A DNA stretch of 51,553 bases from positions 1 to 51,553 of the forward strand of contig CAWDSG010000002.1 in assembly GCA_963804975.1 (NCBI GenBank), written 5' to 3'. The position numbers were made by a program, and so were the translations under genes. Numbering within the stretch: position 1 is the stretch's first letter; every line of letters starts with the position of its first letter. Source of the stretch: an uncultured bacterium (GTDB lineage Bacteria > Patescibacteriota > Minisyncoccia > Phycocordibacterales > GWA1-40-21). The notes under the pieces are model-generated. The model saw nothing but the letters and a program-made list of their open reading frames with translations, did no database searches and was not told the origin of the DNA. This document shows positions 18,494 through 27,844 of the stretch, piece by piece.

Positions 18494-18502
18494 TGTGGAT
18501 AA
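18494..18502 (-). promoter_or_regulatory. perfect DnaA box (TTATCCACA on the - strand)
   Basis: TGTGGATAA on the + strand, directly abutting a parS half-site. A 2-mismatch box (TGTGAATAT) follows 4 nt later. Confidence 0.6.
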
Positions 18503-18665
18503 CTCTGTGAATATGTTAATTAAAGACAGGTCTGATAGATAAGAGAAAAAATGTATTTTTTACGTCTTTTATTAAAATAGTGGCTAATAATAAGAATATT
18601 TTATATAGGGCGTCTTTGAAATTAAGATTGTCCTATAAATAAATGTTTCTTAGTAACATTTTATA

Positions 18666-18681
18666 TGTTTCACGTGAAATG
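18666..18681. promoter_or_regulatory. parS-like site (14/16 match to TGTTTCACGTGAAACA)
   Basis: The sequence is tgtttcacgtgaaatg. Confidence 0.6.
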
Positions 18682-18752
18682 TCGTCAAAAAATGAAAATT
18701 TTTATCAAAATTTAACATGAAAATTATGATATACTGCTTTCAGGATTAATTT

Positions 18753-19157
18753 ATGTTAAAAATTACAGAAAAAAGAGAACTTGGTAATTTAGGGGAAGAT
18801 TTGGCTTGCAAATACCTCTTAAAGCATGGATTTCAGATCGTGGAAAGGAATTATTGGAGAAAGTGGGGAGAAATAGATATTGTGGCTAAAAAGGGCCAAA
18901 ATCTTCATTTTATTGAGGTAAAAAGTGTTTCACGTGAAATAAACGATATGATTTCACGTGAAACTAATGACAAATACAGGCCGGAAGATAATATGCATCC
19001 CTGGAAATTAAAAAGGTTATCTAGAGTTATACAAACCTATTTACTGGGGAAAAACGTTTCAGGTGAAACGGATTGGCAATTTGATGTTATTACGGTATAT
19101 ATTGATAAAAAACGTAGAATTTCAAGAGTTTTTATGCTGGAAAATGTGATTTTATAA
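18753..19157 (+). CDS. yraN: YraN-family (UPF0102) endonuclease-like protein
   Basis: LGNLGEDLACKYLLKHGFQIVERNYWRKWGEIDIVA..HFIEVKS matches the YraN N-terminal signature. Confidence 0.85.
   Translation: MLKITEKRELGNLGEDLACKYLLKHGFQIVERNYWRKWGEIDIVAKKGQNLHFIEVKSVSREINDMISRETNDKYRPEDNMHPWKLKRLSRVIQTYLLGKNVSGETDWQFDVITVYIDKKRRISRVFMLENVIL
18926..18941. promoter_or_regulatory. parS-like site (15/16) inside yraN
   Basis: The sequence is tgtttcacgtgaaata. Confidence 0.65.
18950..18965. promoter_or_regulatory. parS-like site (13/16) inside yraN
   Basis: The sequence is gatttcacgtgaaact, which keeps the 12-bp palindromic core TTTCACGTGAAA. Confidence 0.55.
19055..19070. promoter_or_regulatory. degenerate parS-like palindrome (13/16) inside yraN
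   Basis: The sequence is cgtttcaggtgaaacg. Confidence 0.4.
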
Positions 19158-19509
19158 GTGTTTCGCGTGCCTGTCCGGCCAAGAAAACATATCGTCTAAA
19201 TCTATATTTTTCAATAAAAAAACCGCCCTAAACCACTGAGCGTAGTAAGGACGGCGAAAGAAAGAATTTCGCCAAGTCCCGTTTTTCAATCTTAGCGTTT
19301 TAAAAATAAAATCTTAAAGCGGACGAAAAAGGAGCTTAACCAAATTTGACTTTCAATTTCGAAGATAGCTGATCTTCTGGAAAGAACTCCATTGTGAAGC
19401 ATTAAGGAGAACTAAATAATTTGAGTTGCTATATTATTTTGTCTAAATACTTCAAATGCTAAATCCAATATAATTATATCTTGTATAAAGGACATGTAAA
19501 GGACATAAC

Positions 19510-19518
19510 TGTGGATAA
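19510..19518 (-). promoter_or_regulatory. perfect DnaA box
   Basis: TGTGGATAA on the + strand, in the 455-bp convergent spacer between yraN and ftsH, flanked by AAAGGACAT repeats. Confidence 0.6.
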
Positions 19519-19612
19519 CTTGACACGGTCGTTTAATTCTAAAGGACATCAATAATACGGCTAATATTAACGATATTTTTATATTTATATATTATTGACA
19601 AAATTTTTTGAA

Positions 19613-21577
19613 CTACGCCTGATGCTCAATGTCAGCCTTTTTCTTAGGCATTATTCCGTTTGCCACAAGGATCTTTTCAAATTCTTCTCTCTCAATGGTT
19701 TCCGTGTCAATCAATCTTTTCGCTATAGAATCAAGCGCTTTTCTGTGGTCGGTGATTATTTTTTCCGCCCTTTTCATATTGTCATTCATAATCCTTGAAA
19801 CTTCTCCATCAATCTGGGCGTTTATTTCGTCCGAATATTCTTTATCATCCACTCCTTTGCCAAACACTGTCCTTCCGCCTTCGCCTTCAAGCGCTACTGG
19901 ACCGAATTTATCGGACATTCCGTATTTTGTCACCATATCCCTTGCGAGAGCCGTTGCAATCTGCAAATCGTTTGAAGGGCCTGTTGTCAAATCGCCAAAA
20001 ATCATTTTTTCCGTAACATATCCGCCAAGCGATACGGCAATATCGTCCAAAAATTCCTTTTTTGATTGCAATCTTTTGTCTTCAAAGGGCAAATGCAAAG
20101 TGTATCCGCCGGTTCGCCCTCTGGCAATGATGGAGATTTTATGCACCGGATCGGCATAGGGAAGCACCGAGGAGACAAGGGCATGTCCGGCTTCGTGGTA
20201 GGCCGTGATTTTCTTTTCTTTCGCCGAAAGAATATGGCTTTTTCTCTCAGGACCCATCATCACTTTTTCTATCGAACGGATAAGGTCAAATTGGGAAATT
20301 TTTTGCCTGCCTTCCCGCGCCGCAAGTATCGCCCCCTCATTCATAAGCGAATATAAATCCGCGCCGGAAAAACCAGGCGTTCTTTCTGCTATTACCCTCA
20401 GATTCACGTCTTCGGCAAACGGCTTTTCTTTTGAATGGACCTGTAAAATCGCCTCCCTGTCGTTTCTGTCCGGCAAATCTATGACGACTCTCCTGTCAAA
20501 CCTTCCGGGTCTCAAAAGCGCAGGGTCCAGAACATCCGGCCTGTTTGTCGCTGCCATTACGATGACTTTTTCGTTCGGTTCAAAACCGTCAAGTTCCACA
20601 AGAATTTGATTAAGCGTCTGCTCTCTTTCGTCGTTGCCTCCGCCCATTCCTCCGCCTCTTATCCTGCCGACAGCGTCTATTTCGTCTATAAAAACTATAG
20701 CTGGAGCCGTATTTTTGGCCATTTTGAAAAGATCGCGCACACGGGACGCGCCAACTCCGACAAACATTTCCACAAATTCGGAGCCGGAAATCGAAAAGAA
20801 TGCCACGGAAGCTTCGCCTGCCACCGCCCTCGCCAAAAGCGTTTTCCCCGTGCCTGGCGCGCCCATCAAAAGTATGCCCTTTGGAATCTTTGCGCCAATA
20901 TCAAGGAATTTCTTCGGATTTTTAAGAAAATCAACGACTTCGCCGAGTTCTTCTTTGGCTTCTTTCGTCCCCGCGACATCGGCAAAAGTCACTTTTTGTT
21001 TTTTATCCGTCGGCAGAATAATCCTGGCTTTTGATTGTCCAAAAGAAAGCGCCTGCACACCCGCCCCTCTCATCTGTCTTGTGATTATCCATATAAAAAT
21101 GCCGATGATGATAAGGGGAATGAGAAACGGCGCAAGATTTATAAACCAGTAGCTGAAACCCGTGTCGCTTCCGATATCAATATTCACTTTTGCAAGATTG
21201 CTCTCCGAAACCTTATAATTTGAAAGGGTCTGAGTAAGTGCGATCCCTTCTTCTTTTCTGGAAATTTTTACAATCGGCGTCGTGGTTCCCGTGCTTGTGG
21301 CATAAGTAATCGTAAGATTATCTCCTTTGACATCAATTTTTGAAACAAGCCCGGCATTGATATCGCTTGCGACTTGAGAGAGGGGAATCTGCTCGTTGCT
21401 CGCGCCACCATTGAATATCATTGAATACAAAACTGAAATAATAAGGATAATCAGGATAGCATTCGCTATTTTATTGAAAGGGGACATCCTGCCACCAGAA
21501 AATCCCGGGAATTTGTTCTTGTTTGGAACCTGTTTTTTCTGCGGTTTTTTATTTTGTGGTTGCATCGGATTTGCCAT
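19613..21577 (-). CDS. ftsH: ATP-dependent zinc metalloprotease FtsH
   Basis: Two TM segments, AAA+ Walker A (GAPGTGKT), Walker B (IVFIDEIDA), SRH and HEAGH zinc motif. An alternative start is at 21625. Confidence 0.93.
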   Translation of the reverse strand: MANPMQPQNKKPQKKQVPNKNKFPGFSGGRMSPFNKIANAILIILIISVLYSMIFNGGASNEQIPLSQVASDINAGLVSKIDVKGDNLTITYATSTGTTTPIVKISRKEEGIALTQTLSNYKVSESNLAKVNIDIGSDTGFSYWFINLAPFLIPLIIIGIFIWIITRQMRGAGVQALSFGQSKARIILPTDKKQKVTFADVAGTKEAKEELGEVVDFLKNPKKFLDIGAKIPKGILLMGAPGTGKTLLARAVAGEASVAFFSISGSEFVEMFVGVGASRVRDLFKMAKNTAPAIVFIDEIDAVGRIRGGGMGGGNDEREQTLNQILVELDGFEPNEKVIVMAATNRPDVLDPALLRPGRFDRRVVIDLPDRNDREAILQVHSKEKPFAEDVNLRVIAERTPGFSGADLYSLMNEGAILAAREGRQKISQFDLIRSIEKVMMGPERKSHILSAKEKKITAYHEAGHALVSSVLPYADPVHKISIIARGRTGGYTLHLPFEDKRLQSKKEFLDDIAVSLGGYVTEKMIFGDLTTGPSNDLQIATALARDMVTKYGMSDKFGPVALEGEGGRTVFGKGVDDKEYSDEINAQIDGEVSRIMNDNMKRAEKIITDHRKALDSIAKRLIDTETIEREEFEKILVANGIMPKKKADIEHQA

Positions 21578-21674
21578 ATTTTTATGCTTGAATGCCCAAT
21601 ATAACACAGATTTTAAGTATTTCAAAATTGATCTATTTCACTTACTTAAGCTTACAAAATTGATAATTAATAAA

Positions 21675-21726
21675 AACAAAAAACCGCCTTATCATAAAGA
21701 CTCAGCGGTCTTTTTGATAAAGCAGT
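21675..21726 (-). terminator. probable terminator of the 21731..22162 gene
   Basis: ACCGC...GCGGT hairpin with a T-run on the - strand. Confidence 0.5.
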
Positions 21727-21730
21727 TTAC

Positions 21731-22162
21731 TTACCCGTGAAGAAGTTCTTCAAGTGACATCCTGCGCACCTGAGCGCAGTACATAGCATTTTCCAGAAAT
21801 AAAGGCTCCTCTCGACGATTGGTCGCTGAAGAACCAGCCCATCGCATTTCAAATGTTCCGGCAACTGTGTTGCATATGTGCAAACTATGTCCATCCTCCG
21901 CCACCTTAACTTCTTTGAAATTATCTTCGTAAAGAGCAACATACCAATTATCTTCACTGTTGCCCAATTGAAATTTAATTAAATCTTCACGAATATAGAT
22001 AAATTTCAACTCGAATTTTTGATCTCCAACACGAACAGAACCATGAGATCTATTAAAATCAAGACAAATGAAGCATGTTCGCTTTCCCATCAAAACTTCA
22101 ATGGCCATTCGTAGTTCTTCCATAATACTGCAAAGACTTTCAACAAGTATCGGACTTTTCAT
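21731..22162 (-). CDS. hypothetical protein
   Basis: 143-aa ORF with a strong RBS (GGGAGGA). No family recognised. Confidence 0.6.
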   Translation of the reverse strand: MKSPILVESLCSIMEELRMAIEVLMGKRTCFICLDFNRSHGSVRVGDQKFELKFIYIREDLIKFQLGNSEDNWYVALYEDNFKEVKVAEDGHSLHICNTVAGTFEMRWAGSSATNRREEPLFLENAMYCAQVRRMSLEELLHG

Positions 22163-22308
22163 GGCTTCCTCCCTAGTTCAAGGTACTATTCGAAGAAACT
22201 TTTCCTTCGATAATCACAGTTCAGTGATTACCATAACAGTATACACTATTTAATTTTGTTTGTCAAATACAACCTTTTTTTATATTTTTTGCTACTATAT
22301 AGCGTGTT

Positions 22309-22755
22309 ATGGCTAATTTCGCGGAAAACAGAAAAGCTTATTTTAACTATGAAATCCTTGAAAAAATCACGGCGGGTATTGAGCTTGCCGGTTATGAAGT
22401 CAAAGCCATAAAAGCCGGGCGAATCACTTTGGATGGAGCTTACGTAACAATCCGCGGAGGCGAAGCATTTCTTATCGGTGCAGGCATTACATCGTTACAG
22501 CCAAAAAACACTCCGAAAGATTATGATGAGAGAAGAAATCGCAAACTTTTACTTACCAAAAAAGAGATAACCCGCCTTGCTGGCACAGAAAACAAGAATG
22601 GTTTGACAATTATACCACTTTCAGTGTATAATATGGGCCGCAAGCTTAAAGTAGAGCTTGGCATAGCTCGCGGAAAGAAAAGCAGAGACAAGCGTGAATC
22701 AATTAAAGCACGCGAATCCGCCCGCGAGATAGAGAGGACATTGAAAAATCAGTAA
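22309..22755 (+). CDS. smpB: SsrA-binding protein SmpB
   Basis: NRKAYFNYEILE...GYEVKAIK.. matches the conserved SmpB sequence. Confidence 0.93.
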   Translation: MANFAENRKAYFNYEILEKITAGIELAGYEVKAIKAGRITLDGAYVTIRGGEAFLIGAGITSLQPKNTPKDYDERRNRKLLLTKKEITRLAGTENKNGLTIIPLSVYNMGRKLKVELGIARGKKSRDKRESIKARESAREIERTLKNQ

Positions 22756-22756
22756 T

Positions 22757-23160
22757 GGGGATGATCGGCCTAGACAATTGACCAATTATCTTCTGCGCAA
22801 AGTGGAGCAACCTTGTGAACTCCTTAATCTCTCAAGGAAATATAAGTGCTAAAAACATTTATTCAAAAGTAATCGGTGTTCTTTCTCCTTACGGAGTTGG
22901 AAACCTTGCTTTCGCTACAGCTTCGGCTTAAGCGACATTTCACCTGCTGACGTCTGATAGGCGGAATGAAGTGTAATATTTTCAGGATATATTTTGTTAA
23001 TTCTCGGAACAAAACGAATTTAGAGAATCGGATTGCAAATATTTTGTTATTTTATAGTTTGCAATCTTAAATCCGCTTTCGGGCGGAAATAAAACAACTA
23101 AACTTTGTAGAAGCACGGATAATAATCATTTGCACCCGAGTTCGATTCTCGGCATCTCCA
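22757..23160 (+). ncRNA. ssrA: tmRNA (ssrA), one-piece
   Basis: It starts 2 nt after the smpB stop. The 5' GGGGATG pairs with the 3' CATCTCC (G3:U pair), and the T-arm is CGAGTTCGATTCTCG. An internal frame from GCT at 22848 to TAA at 22929 gives the candidate tag AKNIYSKVIGVLSPYGVGNLAFATASA; the resume codon is uncertain. Confidence 0.88.
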
Positions 23161-23241
23161 CATATACGAAAATCGCCTGATAATTCAGGTGATTTTTGTT
23201 GTTTAAATTAGATTTGACAAATAAGCACGAGAGGTTGAAAA

Positions 23242-23460
23242 ATGAATAAAACAGGTTTAATCTTCAGGATTTTAGCTCTTTTGATTATTTTGGCGATGTG
23301 GATGGGCTGCTCATCGGTTCCTCATAGGCGGGTAACGGCTTTGCCGGGAAATTGCTACATGGTTGAGGAATGGAAAGACGGAGCAAATTACTACCAATGG
23401 CAAATTATAGGACCAGTCAGCAAGAATAAAAAATCTATTCTTTGCCATAATTGCCAATAA
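23242..23460 (+). CDS. small putative lipoprotein
   Basis: Signal peptide with lipobox-like AMWMGC. Confidence 0.5.
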   Translation: MNKTGLIFRILALLIILAMWMGCSSVPHRRVTALPGNCYMVEEWKDGANYYQWQIIGPVSKNKKSILCHNCQ

Positions 23461-23585
23461 TAAAAAATGAGCTGGCATAAGGGGCGGATATCAAATTTTC
23501 CGCTCTTTTTTATTTGGCAGAAAAAATTGACAAATAAAATGAATAGTGCAGGATAGAATAAGAATCAAAAACCAAGGAGGTTTTT

Positions 23586-23936
23586 ATGAAAATAAGGTTG
23601 TTTATTGCGTTGTCAGCTCTGATCGTTCTTTTTATTGCGTACGGCTGTTCCGGCATGCGTGGCCTCATTATAGTCAGCGACGGTGAGATTGTACACGCTG
23701 ATATAGTGGAAACGTACGGCCAGTTGGGACCGGTAACACCGGTAAATTACGATGTTCCTAAAAAAGTTGTTAACAATAGAGGAGAAACAATCGGCGAAGA
23801 GGTTGTTTTTGAACACCCGCACTTTGTCGATGAATCAAACCGCTATACAACCACTTTGAAAGTTCCAAAACATTATAAGAATTATCGCATTACGACTTAT
23901 AAAAGATGTCCTAAAAGCGAAAGGGTTCTTTATTAG
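23586..23936 (+). CDS. putative lipoprotein
   Basis: Strong RBS (AAGGAGG) and signal peptide with lipobox IAYGC. Confidence 0.65.
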   Translation: MKIRLFIALSALIVLFIAYGCSGMRGLIIVSDGEIVHADIVETYGQLGPVTPVNYDVPKKVVNNRGETIGEEVVFEHPHFVDESNRYTTTLKVPKHYKNYRITTYKRCPKSERVLY

Positions 23937-24010
23937 TCGCCGTTTAAAGATCGGGAGAATATCGATTTTATTCAAAGAGCCGCAAAGTTTCACTTTGCGG
24001 CCCTATTATT

Positions 24011-24601
24011 TTAAACTAATTCTTCTACCCCGATTTTTACTTTCTCAAAAATCTTTTGGTGGCCGGCTGAATTCGGATGAACCCCGTCAAAAAGATCTTC
24101 TATTTTTATAATATTGTTCAACGGAATAAATTTTAATTTATTATTCTCACAAAATCTTTCAAGCATCACGTCATACTTTTTTATATTTTGATTCGTATAA
24201 ACCGCTTCCATATTCCAATCCACAGGATTCGTCAATGCTTCATCCACGCTTGTAAGCCCGACAAAAATAATTTTCTTTGTGAATTTTTTTGCGATAACTA
24301 AAAGTTTTTCAAGATTTTCAAGAAATTCAGCCGGTGGGACCAATTCTGTTTTTTCCGAACGAATAATCTCTGAATCGTTCACGCCGATTGCAAAGATTAT
24401 CATGTCCGGCTGGCGTGATTTCGCTTCCATTTCGGTCCTTTTCAATAATTCTTCCGTAGTATCTCCGGGAATGCTAAGATTGTAAACGTTTATATCGTCA
24501 ATTTTGCCCTCAAGATAATTCCTCAGGCGATTTACCCAGCCGCCCGCCTCTTCGTCATATGCGCCAAAAGCAATGCTATCTCCAAAAATGCAAATGTTCA
24601 T
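24011..24601 (-). CDS. SGNH/GDSL-family hydrolase
   Basis: Block I GDS (ICIFGDSIAFG), block III GVND and block V DGVHPN. Confidence 0.8.
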   Translation of the reverse strand: MNICIFGDSIAFGAYDEEAGGWVNRLRNYLEGKIDDINVYNLSIPGDTTEELLKRTEMEAKSRQPDMIIFAIGVNDSEIIRSEKTELVPPAEFLENLEKLLVIAKKFTKKIIFVGLTSVDEALTNPVDWNMEAVYTNQNIKKYDVMLERFCENNKLKFIPLNNIIKIEDLFDGVHPNSAGHQKIFEKVKIGVEELV

Positions 24602-24624
24602 AACAAAAGTATATCAATATTGGT

Positions 24625-24653
24625 TTGACAATCAAAATCAAATCAAGTAGTAT
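24625..24653 (+). promoter_or_regulatory. sigma70-like promoter (TTGACA-17-TAGTAT)
   Basis: Consensus -35 box, 17-nt spacer and a reasonable -10 box upstream of the structured leader. Confidence 0.55.
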
Positions 24654-24659
24654 TTTGCA

Positions 24660-24793
24660 TAGCAAAAGTTCTTCTCGAACCTATAGTGCCACTTCATCGC
24701 TATAGGATTCATTGAGGCGGGCTCGCGAGGAACAAACCCTCGCGAGCCCCTCAGGGCAAAGTAAGCCGGGATGTTATTTTCTCGGCTTTTTTT
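24660..24793 (+). ncRNA. candidate structured leader / riboswitch-like element or small RNA ending in an intrinsic terminator
   Basis: Three consecutive hairpins. The first is CCTATAG...CTATAGG (24680-24706). The second is a 12-bp perfect GC-rich stem, GGGCTCGCGAGG-AACAAAC-CCTCGCGAGCCC, inside 24714-24752. The third is the terminator AGCCGGG-N10-CTCGGCT followed by T7 (24764-24793). Confidence 0.4.
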
Positions 24794-24823
24794 ATTGCCA
24801 ATTTATGTTAAATTTATAGTCAA

Positions 24824-25456
24824 ATGAATCAAAAAGGTAAAATCATCGGCTTGGTAATATTAGCGGCATTATTTTTAATCGTCACATTTGGCGTCACAAG
24901 CCAAAATTCTATTTTGATAGGTTTTGACCGGAATATCGCAGGTTTTGCGAGCACTGTTCATTCTACCGGCTTGGACAATTTCATGCTTTCAATCACAAAA
25001 CTGTGCGATCCTTACGAAGCTTTTGTAATATTTTTGATTTTTGGAATTTTTATGATTATAAAAAAGAAAAAATACTTGTTTTATATTTTTACGATTGCCA
25101 CAGGGCTTGGAATAATACTTACTGAAATTATAAAATTTCTCGTGGAAAGAACGCGGCCGCCGATGCATCTCCTTATGGAAACCGGTTATAGCTTTCCGAG
25201 CGCTCATGCGACAATCGCCGCCGTTTTTCTTCTCTCTGCGATTTTTCTGATAAGCCCGCTTTTACAAAACCGCTTTTCAAAAATAGTTTGGCTGACAATC
25301 TGCATTATTATTTTCCCGCTTGTCGCCATAAGCAGAATTTATCTTTCCGTTCATTTTACAACGGACGTTTTGGCTTCAATAATTATCGGCTGTGGAAGTT
25401 TTTTGTTTGCAGATATCATTATGGCTTATCGTAATTCCAATAGACAAATAGGATAA
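24824..25456 (+). CDS. PAP2-family phosphatase (undecaprenyl-diphosphatase-like)
   Basis: Polytopic protein with PAP2 motifs (KFLVERTRP, SFPSAHA, SRIYLSVHFTTD). Confidence 0.8.
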   Translation: MNQKGKIIGLVILAALFLIVTFGVTSQNSILIGFDRNIAGFASTVHSTGLDNFMLSITKLCDPYEAFVIFLIFGIFMIIKKKKYLFYIFTIATGLGIILTEIIKFLVERTRPPMHLLMETGYSFPSAHATIAAVFLLSAIFLISPLLQNRFSKIVWLTICIIIFPLVAISRIYLSVHFTTDVLASIIIGCGSFLFADIIMAYRNSNRQIG

Positions 25457-25505
25457 TTTTGTTACTGGGTATCTATTGATGGCTGTTTTATATCAAAATC
25501 AATAT

Positions 25506-25537
25506 AAAAAGGCCGTACTAACAAAAGTACGGCCTTT
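25506..25537. terminator. bidirectional terminator
   Basis: GGCCGTACT-N6-AGTACGGCC with flanking A and T runs. Confidence 0.8.
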
Positions 25538-25603
25538 AGGAATCCTTTTTCAGGTTCTTGTTCTTCGCCCAGACCATTAAAGGTGAGGCGAAATTACCCT
25601 GAT

Positions 25604-25828
25604 TTAGTTTCTTTTTTGAATCCTTCCTCTCATTTTACCGAAATACTCTCTACACGCCGTCTCGGCCATTTCGAGAATAATAGTTTCGGCTACTTCAATC
25701 TCATCTTTGGACAACTGCTTGATCATATCGCCAACATCGCGATAAATCAGACCAAGTTTCTCCGAGACCATCCTGCTTAAAAATCGTTGGAGAATCTCCT
25801 TATAAAGATTTTCTAGGTCGTCTGCCAT
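25604..25828 (-). CDS. hypothetical small protein
   Basis: The start MADDLEN is preceded by AAGGAG. No family recognised. Confidence 0.5.
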   Translation of the reverse strand: MADDLENLYKEILQRFLSRMVSEKLGLIYRDVGDMIKQLSKDEIEVAETIILEMAETACREYFGKMRGRIQKRN

Positions 25829-25918
25829 ATGCAGACTCCTTTCTGTGGCCATAATATTCATAACCACATACAAGGTATAGCGAAAAATATCGTTTTTGTC
25901 AAGTTTTCGGCAGGAAAA

Positions 25919-26686
25919 TTACTTTAACTCCAGCAAAATAGGGCAGTGATCTGAACCCATTATATTGTCAAAAATTTCGGCTTTTCTGATTTTGTCCTTC
26001 AAGTCGTCTGAAACGAAAAAATAATCTATGCGCCAGCCGGCATTCCTGTCCCGGGCAAAAAATTTCATATTCCACCATGTATAAATATCTTTTTTGTCCG
26101 GATGAAGCGCGCGGAAAGTATCTAAGTAGCCTTTTCCGATAACTTTATCCACCCATGCCCGTTCAATCGGAAGGAAACCGGAGGTTTTTTCATTTTCTTT
26201 CGGTCTGGCAAGATCTATTTCCTTATGGGCTACGTTTACATCCCCGCAAAAAACAATTTTTTTGCCTTGCTTTTTTAATTTTTCAATAAATTTCAGAAAT
26301 TCATTATAATATTCCAATTTGTATTTCAGCCGTTCCGGACTGCCTCCGCCATTTGGAAAATATACGTTTAAAAGCACAAAATCCTTATAATAAACCACCA
26401 AAGTGCGGCCCTCGTCATCAAATTTCGGTATGCCGATGCCATATTCCACTTTTTCCGGCTTGATTTTTGAGTAGATGGCAACTCCGCTATAACCCTTCTT
26501 GAGTTTTGAATGGTCAAAATATGAAAAATAGCCGGGAATGTTTTGAAGTTCCTCCGGAAGCTGTTCAGGATGGGCTTTTGTCTCCTGAAAGCAAATAACA
26601 TCAGGATCAATTTCAAAAACAACGTCAAAAGCACCTTTTTTATAGAGTGCCCGCAAACCGTTTACGTTCCAAGAAAGAAGTTTCAT
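25919..26686 (-). CDS. xth: exodeoxyribonuclease III
   Basis: MKLLSWNVNGLRA, QETK, GDVNVAH and SDHCP motifs of the EEP/ExoIII family. Confidence 0.9.
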   Translation of the reverse strand: MKLLSWNVNGLRALYKKGAFDVVFEIDPDVICFQETKAHPEQLPEELQNIPGYFSYFDHSKLKKGYSGVAIYSKIKPEKVEYGIGIPKFDDEGRTLVVYYKDFVLLNVYFPNGGGSPERLKYKLEYYNEFLKFIEKLKKQGKKIVFCGDVNVAHKEIDLARPKENEKTSGFLPIERAWVDKVIGKGYLDTFRALHPDKKDIYTWWNMKFFARDRNAGWRIDYFFVSDDLKDKIRKAEIFDNIMGSDHCPILLELK

Positions 26687-26806
26687 GCTTAAATTGTACC
26701 ACAAAAATAAATGTTATAATCAAATCAATGCCGAGGTAATTTAATGAAAAACTTCTCAATTGTATTGGGAAAATATAGGCTCATTACCTATCTTCGGCTC
26801 AAATAT

Positions 26807-27841
26807 ATGGAAAAAGAAACAAACGATTATTTAAATAACTTATTTACAAAAATTGAACCGTATAAATTGTCAGATGAGGAAAACAAAAAAATCCTCCATG
26901 ACAAAATGGGTTTTATTTTAGATAAACTGGGAAGAAAAAGCTTCCGTAGATTTATGTCTGAAAAAACCAGGGAAAATATCAAAACAAAAATAGAAAAGTG
27001 TATGGCTGAAGATAAACCGATCCATTTTGTAATACCCTTTGGCGGTTACAAACATTTTTGGAGTAAATCTCATCCGGAACCGGACTGGGCAGAGATTTTT
27101 AATTTTAGATTTCTTACGGATTATGTTTCACCAATCCTGTCTGTCTATGAACCGGGTGTGATTATTGAATATATATCAGAGGATGTAATTATTCCAAGGA
27201 TGAATAATTATACTTTTGAAAGCACAGAGCAATATTGGAATGTATTTGTAAAACTTATGGAATGGTACAAAAAATTTGCACCGAAAAATCTCATATTTAC
27301 CGGTTTTAGAATAGGGGATCGTTTTGATAAAAAAGAAATTTTAGAAGATGTAGAGAAAGTTGTTCAAGAAAGAATGAAGAATTTTGGTAAATTATCGGAA
27401 GAACAAAAATCAATAGAATTAAAAAGAAGCATGAGATCCGTTAACTGGAAAGGACTGAAGGATTTATCCTCTCTTTCTGAAAAAGAAAGAATGAATAGAA
27501 TAATAGAATCGCGGGCAATAGAGCTTGCTTACTATGAAACAGAGGCCAAACCACAGTTTTTGGCAAATTATCTATCGGATAACATCATGATATCTTTTAC
27601 ATTCGGAACATCTCCCGATAATGGTTCGGAAGATCTTTCATTAAAAAGCAATCATGGTTCGGTAGTTGATTTTTGGATTGGTATTGGAATATTGGAATAT
27701 AAAAATGGAAAATTTACTCCAAAAACAATTTCTAAAAATCAGTATGATGATTTAAAAACTATTAAAAAAATAAAAATTGAGCCAAAAATTCTGCCATTTA
27801 AAAATTTTGAATATATTGAAGTACTGGCAAGCGAAAATTAA
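26807..27841 (+). CDS. hypothetical protein
   Basis: Long ORF with normal coding composition. The start is uncertain (26744 or 26807). No family recognised. Confidence 0.6.
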   Translation: MEKETNDYLNNLFTKIEPYKLSDEENKKILHDKMGFILDKLGRKSFRRFMSEKTRENIKTKIEKCMAEDKPIHFVIPFGGYKHFWSKSHPEPDWAEIFNFRFLTDYVSPILSVYEPGVIIEYISEDVIIPRMNNYTFESTEQYWNVFVKLMEWYKKFAPKNLIFTGFRIGDRFDKKEILEDVEKVVQERMKNFGKLSEEQKSIELKRSMRSVNWKGLKDLSSLSEKERMNRIIESRAIELAYYETEAKPQFLANYLSDNIMISFTFGTSPDNGSEDLSLKSNHGSVVDFWIGIGILEYKNGKFTPKTISKNQYDDLKTIKKIKIEPKILPFKNFEYIEVLASEN

Positions 27842-27844
27842 ATA

